Virus record (IMG/VR): IMGVR_UViG_2778261667_000013
Location: 1 to 36,128 of that record
Origin: a virus
Lineage: Duplodnaviria; Heunggongvirae; Uroviricota; Caudoviricetes
Direction: 5' to 3' (one strand)
Length of the DNA stretch: 36,128 bases
Below the pieces are notes generated by a model. The model worked only from the letters and a program-made list of their open reading frames with translations. It had not been told where the DNA came from and searched no databases. Shown here piece after piece: positions 27,813 to 35,858 of the stretch. Position 1 is the stretch's first letter, and each line of letters starts with the position of its first letter. Position numbers and translations under genes: made by a program.

Positions 27813-28031
27813 TCACCCCGCGTAATCAGGTCCATGTTCCCATCTGGCATCGAGTATTTCCGTTCCCTCCGTCCGGCATGGGTTATCAAGTGCCATTTTT
27901 CCGCACTCCCCATACTCGACATCGACAAAATCAGCAATATCATTGTCCGTTGCGTTATCAGGAACGTCGATTTCAAGCGTTACAGTGATAGTTTTCATCA
28001 GGTTGTTACTCCGAGATTCAGAAAATTTCAT
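27813..28031 (-). CDS. small acidic hypothetical protein
   Basis: 72 aa ORF (possible internal start MKTITV...); Asp/Glu-rich. Confidence 0.35.
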   Translation of the reverse strand: MKFSESRSNNLMKTITVTLEIDVPDNATDNDIADFVDVEYGECGKMALDNPCRTEGTEILDARWEHGPDYAG

Positions 28032-28039
28032 GCCGGGAC

Positions 28040-28450
28040 TCAGTATGTGAAATAGACAGTTGCCACACCGTTATAGTGGTCAAACGACACGGCGTTTACC
28101 TCATAACTGGCCGGGAGCTTCGAGCCAAGAACGTATCCGGGCCACGTTTTCCATGGAATTTCTCTGCTCTCACTATCGCCATATACCGTACATCCCAGTG
28201 AGCCTACAGCTTCATAAGAACGCTTACCGCACGTTATGAACCCCAGATTTTGCTTACTGCCCTTAACAGAAATCGGGAGAGCACTGGCTGATGCGTTAGC
28301 AGCGCCCCGCTCCTGTTGGCTTGCGATATTCGCAGAGTTCGCAGCAGCTACAGCAGCCGTTGTCGCGGCGGTAGATGCCACAATAACTGCTGAAGCCTGT
28401 GCCTGTTGGGTAACGGTCAGCAATGCCGCCACAAAAATCATCTTCTTCAC
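28040..28450 (-). CDS. secreted protein with cleavable signal peptide
   Basis: 136 aa; N-terminus MKKMIFVAALLTVTQQAQA is a classic Sec signal peptide; Ala-rich linker then a domain with two Cys; ~190 bp non-coding region upstream. Confidence 0.55.
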   Translation of the reverse strand: MKKMIFVAALLTVTQQAQASAVIVASTAATTAAVAAANSANIASQQERGAANASASALPISVKGSKQNLGFITCGKRSYEAVGSLGCTVYGDSESREIPWKTWPGYVLGSKLPASYEVNAVSFDHYNGVATVYFTY

Positions 28451-28643
28451 CTGGTATCTCCTTTACATGCTGTGATTTTTCCAGCGGTTTTGCGCCGCAC
28501 TTCTGCTCCGCCAGACACCGTAAAAACGAATAGAGGAGCACCCCCTAAAACCCAGATATCTATAGTAAATAACAAGCCTGTTTGAGATACGGATACGCTG
28601 CCCTGGCTTTGCTATCAGCAGTCTTGCCTTACGGTTTTTCATC

Positions 28644-28835
28644 TCATCCTTCCTCGCTTTTTGCAGTTTCAAACCACGCATCCTGCCCCACAACATCATC
28701 ACCACATGGTGGTTCAGATTCTGAATAGCGACCGGCCCACCAGTATTTACCATTACGATGCTTTGCTGTGCCGCAACGCTGGCATATGAAAATTGACCCA
28801 TCACGCTGATAATGATGGATGTGCTCGTTACTCAT
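28644..28835 (-). CDS. small Cys/His-containing protein (zinc-ribbon-like candidate)
   Basis: 63 aa; HIHHY...ICQRCG...PPCGDD; ATGA overlap with upstream ORF. Confidence 0.4.
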   Translation of the reverse strand: MSNEHIHHYQRDGSIFICQRCGTAKHRNGKYWWAGRYSESEPPCGDDVVGQDAWFETAKSEEG

Positions 28836-29056
28836 TGTGCAGCCTCCTGTTTTGCCACTTTAAACGCCCGTAACATCGGGACCGTTTTACCGGTGATGAC
28901 GGTTCTCATTAAAAGACCGCCACCGCTCTCATGGCGCACTTCAGGAGCAACAAACAGCGCCGCATCCACAACCCGGCAATAGCGACGGAACTCCCAGAAC
29001 CAGCAGGTAACAATGATTTTTGCGGTGACTCCGTAGTCATAAAATTCAATATTCAT
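28832..29056 (-). CDS. hypothetical early protein
   Basis: 74 aa; ATGA overlaps on both sides (translationally coupled cluster). Confidence 0.4.
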   Translation of the reverse strand: MNIEFYDYGVTAKIIVTCWFWEFRRYCRVVDAALFVAPEVRHESGGGLLMRTVITGKTVPMLRAFKVAKQEAAQ

Positions 29057-29280
29057 TTGCAGTTAAACCTTCTTTTGTGACGTTCTACAGCGGCTTTCAT
29101 GGCGTTGTGCACGGTTCTTTTAATAATCCGGCGTCCCGCACTGTCATAGAACCGCCACCGGGAAGCCTCCGGATATTTAGGGAACTCAACCGCCGCGCTG
29201 TCGTCATTCATCCTGTATTCGTGGCGTTCTCCGGGCGGCTGGTATATTGCTTCGGTAACACTGAGAAGTTTAAAAGCCAT
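29053..29280 (-). CDS. hypothetical early protein
   Basis: 75 aa basic protein; start 3 nt after the DUF2786-like gene stop. Confidence 0.4.
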   Translation of the reverse strand: MAFKLLSVTEAIYQPPGERHEYRMNDDSAAVEFPKYPEASRWRFYDSAGRRIIKRTVHNAMKAAVERHKRRFNCK

Positions 29281-29282
29281 CG

Positions 29283-29993
29283 TTATCCCCTCCCCAGTGC
29301 CAGCGGCCTGTTGTTCTGACCATTAACTCCCTGATGCAGTCTGGCGTTTTTCCCGGCGATAAAACCGGCTGTAGCAGCAAACTCTGCACCCCTGCACGCT
29401 TTAGCTGTGCGCATATCCCCGTCGCGCAGCCCTTTAGTGCTGTGCAGGTTCTTTCTGTAAAGCTCAAGGCGGCTTTTTTCTTCCGGGGAGACGTCATACA
29501 CCGCAATGACATCACGGGCACCAAAGACCCAGCCTTCGCAGAACTGGTCGCCACGGGCCACCCGCGTGGACGGACCGCAACGTTTGCAGTGTTTATCCTG
29601 ATATTTCTTGCGCTCTGCCATCATCTGACGGGAAAGCACATCAAACGCGTAGGCCGCAATTTCCGGGCGGCTGTCAGGGCCATAAAAACGAACGTAACGT
29701 TTGAGTGAACCAGAAGCCCGGTACTCACCGGAGATGTAACACTCGACACCGAAGGCTTTACATACCAGGTCACACAGGATGTGCATATAACGCGGCGGCG
29801 TACTGGCATCGCTCGGCGCACCCGCGCTGGCAGCTTCCTGAATGTCGAACAATTCCGCGTCGTTTTCGCTGATACCATGCTGGCGCATATAAGCCTGGGC
29901 TTTTGCAATAGCGTTAGCGGCTTCTTCCGGGCTTGATGTTCCTCTGGCAAGGCGTAACAGTTTTTTGATTTTGGCAATGTATTTATCTTTCAT
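29283..29993 (-). CDS. DUF2786-like protein
   Basis: 236 aa; N-terminus MKDKYIAKIKKLLRLARGTSSPEEAANAIAKAQAYMRQHGI resembles the DUF2786 N-terminal helical domain; C-terminal part has CxxC (HCKRCG) and further Cys. Confidence 0.5.
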   Translation of the reverse strand: MKDKYIAKIKKLLRLARGTSSPEEAANAIAKAQAYMRQHGISENDAELFDIQEAASAGAPSDASTPPRYMHILCDLVCKAFGVECYISGEYRASGSLKRYVRFYGPDSRPEIAAYAFDVLSRQMMAERKKYQDKHCKRCGPSTRVARGDQFCEGWVFGARDVIAVYDVSPEEKSRLELYRKNLHSTKGLRDGDMRTAKACRGAEFAATAGFIAGKNARLHQGVNGQNNRPLALGRG

Positions 29994-30006
29994 GGTCGCC
30001 TGAACC

Positions 30007-30189
30007 TCAGCGCCCTGGATTCTGAATTACGCAACTTCCAGCACGGCCTTCAGGAACGTGGGGAGTTCGTTCTGGCTGCGGCGCTGGATGAACATCTGCT
30101 GTCGATTGAAAACTGGTCGCAAGACGATTAAAACAAACGATTGTCAGATTAATTTCGCGGGCGAATTTTTTTTGCTTGGCGATATTCAT
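30007..30189 (-). CDS. short ORF downstream of repeat copy A (possibly a gene remnant)
   Basis: 60 aa; good RBS (GAGGA) supplied by the repeat, but protein is low-complexity and Pro-rich in its second half. Confidence 0.25.
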   Translation of the reverse strand: MNIAKQKKFAREINLTIVCFNRLATSFQSTADVHPAPQPERTPHVPEGRAGSCVIQNPGR

Positions 30190-30202
30190 AAATAAACTTC
30201 CT

Positions 30203-30273
30203 CAGATTCAGGCGTAAGCCAGCCCTGGCGGGTTTACGCCATATACAAATAAAATTAAAAACAGACTTATTAA
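30203..30273. repeat. intergenic direct repeat copy A (hairpin + RBS cassette)
   Basis: cagattcaggcgtaagccagccctggcgggtttacgcc + AT-rich tail; ~38 bp core identical to copy B except 1 nt; coordinates approximate. Confidence 0.7.
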
Positions 30274-30821
30274 CTACGACGTTCAGCTTTCCGGTAATGA
30301 CGGTCAACAGACTTTACGAACGCCTTCACATCACGGGCAATCGAATCCAGCGGATAATATTCATCCAGCAGTTCCATCCCGCTGAATCGAATCTGAAAAA
30401 AATCAGGCTTATCTTTATATGACTCCATCAGGTCAATAAACCGCAGCTGACGCGGGAGGGATTCCTGCACGCCTGAAATAGTGAGCAAATCATCTTCAAG
30501 GATGTATGCAAGGTCTACCATATCCTTACAGTCAGACATCATGGATATTCTTGTCAGTATGTTCCGTGTGGCGATATACAGCGCGGCTGTGTCATTCGCC
30601 ATCATGGCGAACAAATCCCCCTGAATATAAGCCCCCTTACTGGCCATAGCATTCCCGGCAATCTGCGCATCAAGTACCACATACATAAAATCGCCAGGTG
30701 CACCCAGATGGCCCAGCAATGATGACGCCCATAACGTTACATTGGTTAACTTCCCAGATGAACGGACAGCAAAACCTTCAGGAGTAACAATAAATTCCCA
30801 GACTTTATCTTTCATATACAA
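30270..30821 (-). CDS. hypothetical protein (accessory module gene 2)
   Basis: 183 aa; no recognisable motif; lies between the two repeat copies. Confidence 0.5.
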   Translation of the reverse strand: MYMKDKVWEFIVTPEGFAVRSSGKLTNVTLWASSLLGHLGAPGDFMYVVLDAQIAGNAMASKGAYIQGDLFAMMANDTAALYIATRNILTRISMMSDCKDMVDLAYILEDDLLTISGVQESLPRQLRFIDLMESYKDKPDFFQIRFSGMELLDEYYPLDSIARDVKAFVKSVDRHYRKAERRS

Positions 30822-30879
30822 ATCCCCTTAATTCAGGCGCAGACCTGTTTACCTGCGCCATAAAAAAACGAAGTCAGAG

Positions 30880-31272
30880 TTAAAAATCGAAGACGTCAGT
30901 TAATTCCCGCTTCAGTGAAACGCACTCAGAATAAAAGCCCTCGCTCTCACCGCACCATCTGACGACTACACAGCCTTTTGATGTGCCGAACTTAAAGAAA
31001 CTCCATGTCTGATGACCTTCCCCGACATCACATTCTTCGGTAACCACTTCAGCCTCTGTCAGCGGTTCATCTTTCAGGTCGTCAAGGTCTCCGACGATGT
31101 CCTCAATCCAGACTTTTTCGCAGCCTTCCTGAAAGTGGAAAAATGTAAACACGGTTCCCCATACTCCCCGGGAATAATCACCACGAAAAACAAGTTCATC
31201 GTTTTCATTCTTAACTACTTCTTTAAATGTACGCCCAAGCATTTCATTGATAACGGTAACACTCATTTTCAT
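30880..31272 (-). CDS. hypothetical acidic protein (accessory module gene 1)
   Basis: 130 aa, acidic with 6 Cys; RBS GGAG supplied by repeat copy B. Confidence 0.5.
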   Translation of the reverse strand: MKMSVTVINEMLGRTFKEVVKNENDELVFRGDYSRGVWGTVFTFFHFQEGCEKVWIEDIVGDLDDLKDEPLTEAEVVTEECDVGEGHQTWSFFKFGTSKGCVVVRWCGESEGFYSECVSLKRELTDVFDF

Positions 31273-31277
31273 TTCTC

Positions 31278-31350
31278 CAGATTCAGGCGTAAGCCAGCCC
31301 CGGCGGGTTTACGCCTGTTTTAAATAACAATTAAAAACAAATTAAATTAA
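31278..31350. repeat. intergenic direct repeat copy B (hairpin + RBS cassette)
   Basis: cagattcaggcgtaagccagccccggcgggtttacgcc + AT-rich tail; ends at the stop of the upstream ORF; coordinates approximate. Confidence 0.7.
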
Positions 31351-31538
31351 TGCGGTGCTTTCAGTGTTTCGACTTTTACGAAATAAGGCTCGACATTAAT
31401 TTCAACCACACAACCACATTTAAAATCTCTGACAGGTGAAACGGTTTTCACCACACGACCGCCACGCAACGCCGGATGTGCAGTGTGCATGAAGCGAGTC
31501 CCTACCGGATACTGCTTATTAAAGTTCTTCGCATTCAT
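31347..31538 (-). CDS. hypothetical early protein
   Basis: 63 aa ORF; no motif recognised. Confidence 0.35.
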   Translation of the reverse strand: MNAKNFNKQYPVGTRFMHTAHPALRGGRVVKTVSPVRDFKCGCVVEINVEPYFVKVETLKAPH

Positions 31539-31752
31539 GGCGTGGCCTCCAGCCCTTCAGGTGAGCGTTAGCGCAGAACTCCGCACGATGTTCAGCCCAG
31601 ATGCGGCGCAGGGTGCTACACGGGCTTTGCGCTGCCTTACGCCACAGCTTTTCAGCCTCGGCATAATCGCCGCGTTGTTCTGCTCTGGACGCGCCCAGCG
31701 AATACGCCGCGCAACTATTTCCGGCTCTGTACTCTTTGATATCCTGATGCAT
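31519..31752 (-). CDS. small hypothetical protein (possible small regulator)
   Basis: ORF 31519..31863 trimmed to MHQDIKEY... (31752) so that it abuts the upstream gene stop at 31754; weak resemblance to small helical regulators. Confidence 0.3.
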   Translation of the reverse strand: MHQDIKEYRAGNSCAAYSLGASRAEQRGDYAEAEKLWRKAAQSPCSTLRRIWAEHRAEFCANAHLKGWRPRHECEEL

Positions 31753-31753
31753 G

Positions 31754-32398
31754 TTAAACCCCTGCAATATCAAGCGGGATTGCGCGGTATTCAGCAGAAT
31801 CACCGACGCGCTCATACACGCGGATATAGCTTCTGCTGCCAACCACCTGGACGGCTTCACCAATCAGTTTCATGGCGTTATCCCAGCGTTCCTCCGTAAT
31901 ATCGAGACGACGCAGAGCCAGAACGCGCCCGGTGTTAATGTTGCCTTCCTTGTCCGTGCTGAATGCCTCACTGATGATGGCTTTAATTTCAGGGCGCGCT
32001 CCTTCCGTCCAGTCAGCCAGGCAGTCATCAATCAGTGCCTTCGCGGTCTGAATGCGTTCATCAAGCGCGATACGGTCCTGCATGGCGCGCTGAATCTTGT
32101 AACGCCCGTCAAAGCTGTAAAGCGTGATATTGCCTTTTTTGCCGCCTTTCACAGCGCCGTATTTCTCCGCTGACAGGTCAATAAATGCCTGAATATCACC
32201 AAACGCACGCAGTTTCAGTTCACGCAGTGAGGCGGAGGCAGCAATCACCATCTCCACAAGCTCACCGACCAACTGCTCACGGTCTCGGTCAATATCTTTG
32301 ATAAGACTTTCAGGCGTCATCACACCACGGGCATCAACCCAGTAGCCTTCCTGCACTTTATTTTTTGTATATTGCTTAACTTTATTTTCAGTCGTCAT
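31754..32398 (-). CDS. DUF3164-like phage protein
   Basis: 214 aa; sequence character and position downstream of B match the DUF3164 family common in Mu-like prophages; from recall, not searched. Confidence 0.5.
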   Translation of the reverse strand: MTTENKVKQYTKNKVQEGYWVDARGVMTPESLIKDIDRDREQLVGELVEMVIAASASLRELKLRAFGDIQAFIDLSAEKYGAVKGGKKGNITLYSFDGRYKIQRAMQDRIALDERIQTAKALIDDCLADWTEGARPEIKAIISEAFSTDKEGNINTGRVLALRRLDITEERWDNAMKLIGEAVQVVGSRSYIRVYERVGDSAEYRAIPLDIAGV

Positions 32399-32427
32399 AA
32401 TTAAATTACCTCAGTGATATTTACAGA

Positions 32428-32643
32428 TTAATTTGTGTTATGTGCGCGAGGCGCAACGTTTTCAGAAAAAAGATTCACGCCGTTATAGTCATTTCTGAGC
32501 GTTTCCTTGATAACATCATGTAATCTTGTTGCCACCTGAAACTCCTTTTCGGAAGCTCCGTCCTCCGAATAACTCCCCGTGGTCTGGGTTAAAACACAGC
32601 CTTTTTCATCGGTATAGATAATTACTTCTAACTTAACCGCCAT
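32428..32643 (-). CDS. hypothetical early protein
   Basis: 71 aa ORF. Confidence 0.35.
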   Translation of the reverse strand: MAVKLEVIIYTDEKGCVLTQTTGSYSEDGASEKEFQVATRLHDVIKETLRNDYNGVNLFSENVAPRAHNTN

Positions 32644-32655
32644 TCTGATTTCCTC

Positions 32656-32895
32656 TCATTGCCATACGACGGTGCAGCCGTCGATACAGGACGTTTTCAC
32701 CACGCGGCGCAGGCCGCTGAATGTCTGGATGATTTCCGTTACCGGCCATACAGGACCACCCACGGGCGGGCAGGCATAAACCACAGGTAAACGGTGATGC
32801 TGTCCCGTTACACGACCGCCAGTGGTGTGGATGGCCACACGGGCACGGGAACGGACGGCGTTAATGGTCTGCTTGTCCATCGTCTTGTTCTCCAT
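32656..32895 (-). CDS. hypothetical early protein immediately downstream of B (Mu kil position)
   Basis: 79 aa; stop/start overlap with B; synteny only. Confidence 0.35.
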   Translation of the reverse strand: MENKTMDKQTINAVRSRARVAIHTTGGRVTGQHHRLPVVYACPPVGGPVWPVTEIIQTFSGLRRVVKTSCIDGCTVVWQ

Positions 32896-33788
32896 CAGTG
32901 AATTAACATTTCTGCGAATTTATCAATGGCCTGCACACTGACCGGTGCATCGCTGATATCACAAATCCGGTACACACCGCGCGCCAGTTTGAAGAGGCGG
33001 CGGGCATTACCCAGCGAGCGTGCGTAAAGCGCCTCGCTGATTTCCGGTTCTGCTGCTTCCGGCATCAACCCGGTAGCTATCTGGTTAAAATCTTCCTGCG
33101 ACAACGTATCGCCCAGGTTAAGCGCCAGCGCCACACGGCTGTATAACTGGGCGAACTCACCACGACGCCCCTTAAGGTTAATCAGAAGACGAGGCATACC
33201 CGCCAGGACAACCCCGATACCCGCTTTGTCATGCAGACGACGCAGAACCTCCAGTGCGCGATAGGGGAGCAGTTCAGCCTCGTCCACCATCAGCAGGCGA
33301 CCGGAATCACGCAGTTCGCGCACACAGGCATCTATCAGTTCGTGAATGTTGCCGCGAACCTTTACCCCCAGCTGGCGGCACAACTCCTCAAGCAGTGTTC
33401 TGGCTGTATAGCCCGGGTCAGCCTCAATCAGGACCGCATCCCGGTTTCTGGCGGCGTATTCACGCAGAATCATTGTTTTGCCAAGACCTGCCGCGCCATA
33501 CAGTACGCAGATTTCACATTCCAGGTGAGCATAGGCCAACACCTCCAGTCCTTTGGCAGCCATACCGGTGGCAACAAATTTCGCTTTAATACGGCGGCTG
33601 TTTTCCTTTTCCCGCTCACGGGTCACAAAGGCAGAAATGCGTTCTTCAATATCAGCCATATCGCCCTGATATTTACCCTGTAAATACTGGTTGATAACGG
33701 CGCTGCTACGACCAATAGCACGGGCGACGTGGGTTTGCGTATAGCCGCGACGGGCCATTACGTCATTTAATTGCGTAATTAAACTCAT
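32895..33788 (-). CDS. MuB-like transposition ATPase (AAA+)
   Basis: 297 aa; N-terminal HTH-like segment (YTQTHVARAIGRSSAVINQYLQGK), Walker A GAAGLGKT, Walker B LLMVDEAE; immediately downstream of transposase. Confidence 0.85.
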   Translation of the reverse strand: MSLITQLNDVMARRGYTQTHVARAIGRSSAVINQYLQGKYQGDMADIEERISAFVTREREKENSRRIKAKFVATGMAAKGLEVLAYAHLECEICVLYGAAGLGKTMILREYAARNRDAVLIEADPGYTARTLLEELCRQLGVKVRGNIHELIDACVRELRDSGRLLMVDEAELLPYRALEVLRRLHDKAGIGVVLAGMPRLLINLKGRRGEFAQLYSRVALALNLGDTLSQEDFNQIATGLMPEAAEPEISEALYARSLGNARRLFKLARGVYRICDISDAPVSVQAIDKFAEMLIH

Positions 33789-33806
33789 AATTAAATACCT
33801 TTTAAA

Positions 33807-35849
33807 TTAACGGTTGTTTGTGCCGTTTTTCTTTAAATTGCGCTCGCGTTCAGATGCGAATAAATAAAGTTCTTCTTTTTCCTTTTTCTCCTGGCGTTCC
33901 AGTCCATATCCCAGATTAAACTCAGGCTTCTGCGTAATAGCCGGGGTAAGCTCGCGTTTAGCCTCTTCGATTTTCTGCGCGGCCCGTGCAATGCGGCCTC
34001 TGACGCGTTTCTCCAGTTTTTGCTCGATAACTGGTTTAGCGAAGGCATCAACCTTGTTACCGTTCCAGATGGCATCGCAGATATAAGAGCCATCAGCCCG
34101 CCGGACAATGACACTGTTTGCATCATGAATATCGTAACTGACCCTGACTTCATTCCCGTGCTCTGCGGCCAGCTCATACGAGTAATAAATATTGTTGAAT
34201 AACTGAATTTCCCCGCGAAATGTTTTGCGCGTCACTTCCGGTCTGAACATTTCATGCAGTTCTTCCGGCGACAGGAAATCAATTTCAACATTCTGCTCTT
34301 TTATCAGTTTCCGGCGATACGCTGCCGGGCTGTAATATTCGCCATCCTCTTTGCGGGGAAGGCTGCTGTGTGGCCGGTTGTTATAGCGTCTGACCTCCAG
34401 TTCTATGGCTGCCATCAGTTGCTCAAAGGTGGGGATTTCATCCCTCGCCTTAACCTGCCGTTTTGTCAGTTCTTTCCCTTTGTGGGTGGCCTTAATGGCT
34501 GACTGCATAATCCGTTGCTGCATCATTACGGTTTCCTTGTCTGCTCCCTTTGAGCAGTACGTCTGGAAACTCAGGGCCACATCCCGGGGAATTTCCTTGT
34601 TAAGCCTTTCAATCACCCCGCGCCCCTGCGGGTTACCTGGTATCCCCGTGTGATGTTCCACACCCAGCCGGGGGAGAATCCCGGTAATATCGGCATCAAG
34701 AACCCGGTTTTTTTCGCCGCCCCCGTTATCGGAGTAATAAATCAGCGGTATCCCGTGCTGTGCCATGCCGTAACGCAACGCATCAGCAACGGCTATCACG
34801 TTCTCCGACAGGGACAGCGACCAGCCCACAACAAAGCGTTGCCCCGCATCCATAACCAGCGTCACTTCTGGCCGGAAAATATTGCCGGTCAGTGGGTTAA
34901 ACGCGGTCATCTTCATACAGTGACCATCCCCGACCCATACCGCATTAACCGGTAGCGATGTCCAGTCGCGCCGCACAAAGGGATTGAGCGAACGCCAGGC
35001 TGAACCGGTGGAGCGGAAACGCTCCTTAACAATCACCGGGACGTTGCTTAACACCCGTCTTACTGCGTGAACGGAAGGCAGTGCTGCCAGCATTCCCGCA
35101 TCATTCGCGTGTTTTTCATGCCACCAGGCTGAAAACTCGCGATAAGCGTATTCAACGGTCGGGCGCTTCCATGAGCGATAGAACATAAAGAAATCGCTCA
35201 ACCACCAGACCTGCTCCCACGGTGTTCCCTTATGATGACCGGGAGCCAGTAACGCCAGTAACTGATTGGCATCACCGCGCGCCATCAGCCAGGCGGAATA
35301 CCATTCCTGTAAACATCCCCAGCTGACGCCAGTTCGCTTACCCTGTCTGGCGTTGGCAGTACCTGCGGCCTCAATAATGCGGTCAGGCAATGCCCTCTGA
35401 CGAATACCATCAACGATGTGTTTTACTGCTGCCGTCCTGGACATTCCTGCGTATTCACGCAGTTTATGCACTTCGGTAGCCAGCAATATCCGCGCATCAG
35501 CGATGGCCTTTTGCTTGTCGGTCAGTGCCTGGACTTCGCGTAATGCCAGTTCCGGGCATTTGACCATCACTTCCAGTTCATCGCGAACGGTAACGTTTTT
35601 AACTGCCTTCTGCTCAACCACGGCAGGCAGTTGTGCATCTTCCAGAACCTGATGGGTCAGGCGTTTACGTAAAACTTTCTGCGCTTCAGCAGGCAGGCAG
35701 TCGATGTGATACTCGAATGCTTTGGTGCCTTCACGCTTGCGCTTCCATTCCGGGTTATTTTCAGCAAGACGATCCAGACGTGCCCGGATGTTTTTTTCTG
35801 CTGATGGAAAACCGGATAATCCCAGGCAATCCCGCACTACAAACCACAC
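33807..35849 (-). CDS. MuA-like DDE transposase
   Basis: 680 aa; catalytic-core-like motifs WVGDGH and YYSDNGGGE; located between ner-like and B-like genes as in Mu. Confidence 0.9.
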   Translation of the reverse strand: MWFVVRDCLGLSGFPSAEKNIRARLDRLAENNPEWKRKREGTKAFEYHIDCLPAEAQKVLRKRLTHQVLEDAQLPAVVEQKAVKNVTVRDELEVMVKCPELALREVQALTDKQKAIADARILLATEVHKLREYAGMSRTAAVKHIVDGIRQRALPDRIIEAAGTANARQGKRTGVSWGCLQEWYSAWLMARGDANQLLALLAPGHHKGTPWEQVWWLSDFFMFYRSWKRPTVEYAYREFSAWWHEKHANDAGMLAALPSVHAVRRVLSNVPVIVKERFRSTGSAWRSLNPFVRRDWTSLPVNAVWVGDGHCMKMTAFNPLTGNIFRPEVTLVMDAGQRFVVGWSLSLSENVIAVADALRYGMAQHGIPLIYYSDNGGGEKNRVLDADITGILPRLGVEHHTGIPGNPQGRGVIERLNKEIPRDVALSFQTYCSKGADKETVMMQQRIMQSAIKATHKGKELTKRQVKARDEIPTFEQLMAAIELEVRRYNNRPHSSLPRKEDGEYYSPAAYRRKLIKEQNVEIDFLSPEELHEMFRPEVTRKTFRGEIQLFNNIYYSYELAAEHGNEVRVSYDIHDANSVIVRRADGSYICDAIWNGNKVDAFAKPVIEQKLEKRVRGRIARAAQKIEEAKRELTPAITQKPEFNLGYGLERQEKKEKEELYLFASERERNLKKNGTNNR

Positions 35850-35858
35850 GATTCCACC

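Noticed and set aside
28463-28804. 113 aa minus-strand ORF overlapping the 63 aa Cys/His ORF in another frame
   Set aside because: Highly basic, low-complexity translation with no RBS; the 63 aa ORF is preferred because of its ATGA coupling to the upstream gene. The underlying ~190 bp is more likely non-coding/promoter DNA.
30203-31350. The GC-rich hairpin inside the direct repeats as an intrinsic terminator for the minus-strand early transcript
   Set aside because: On the minus strand the hairpin is followed by TGAATCTGGAGA (the RBS), not a U-tract; more likely an RNA stem-loop or recombination feature than a terminator.
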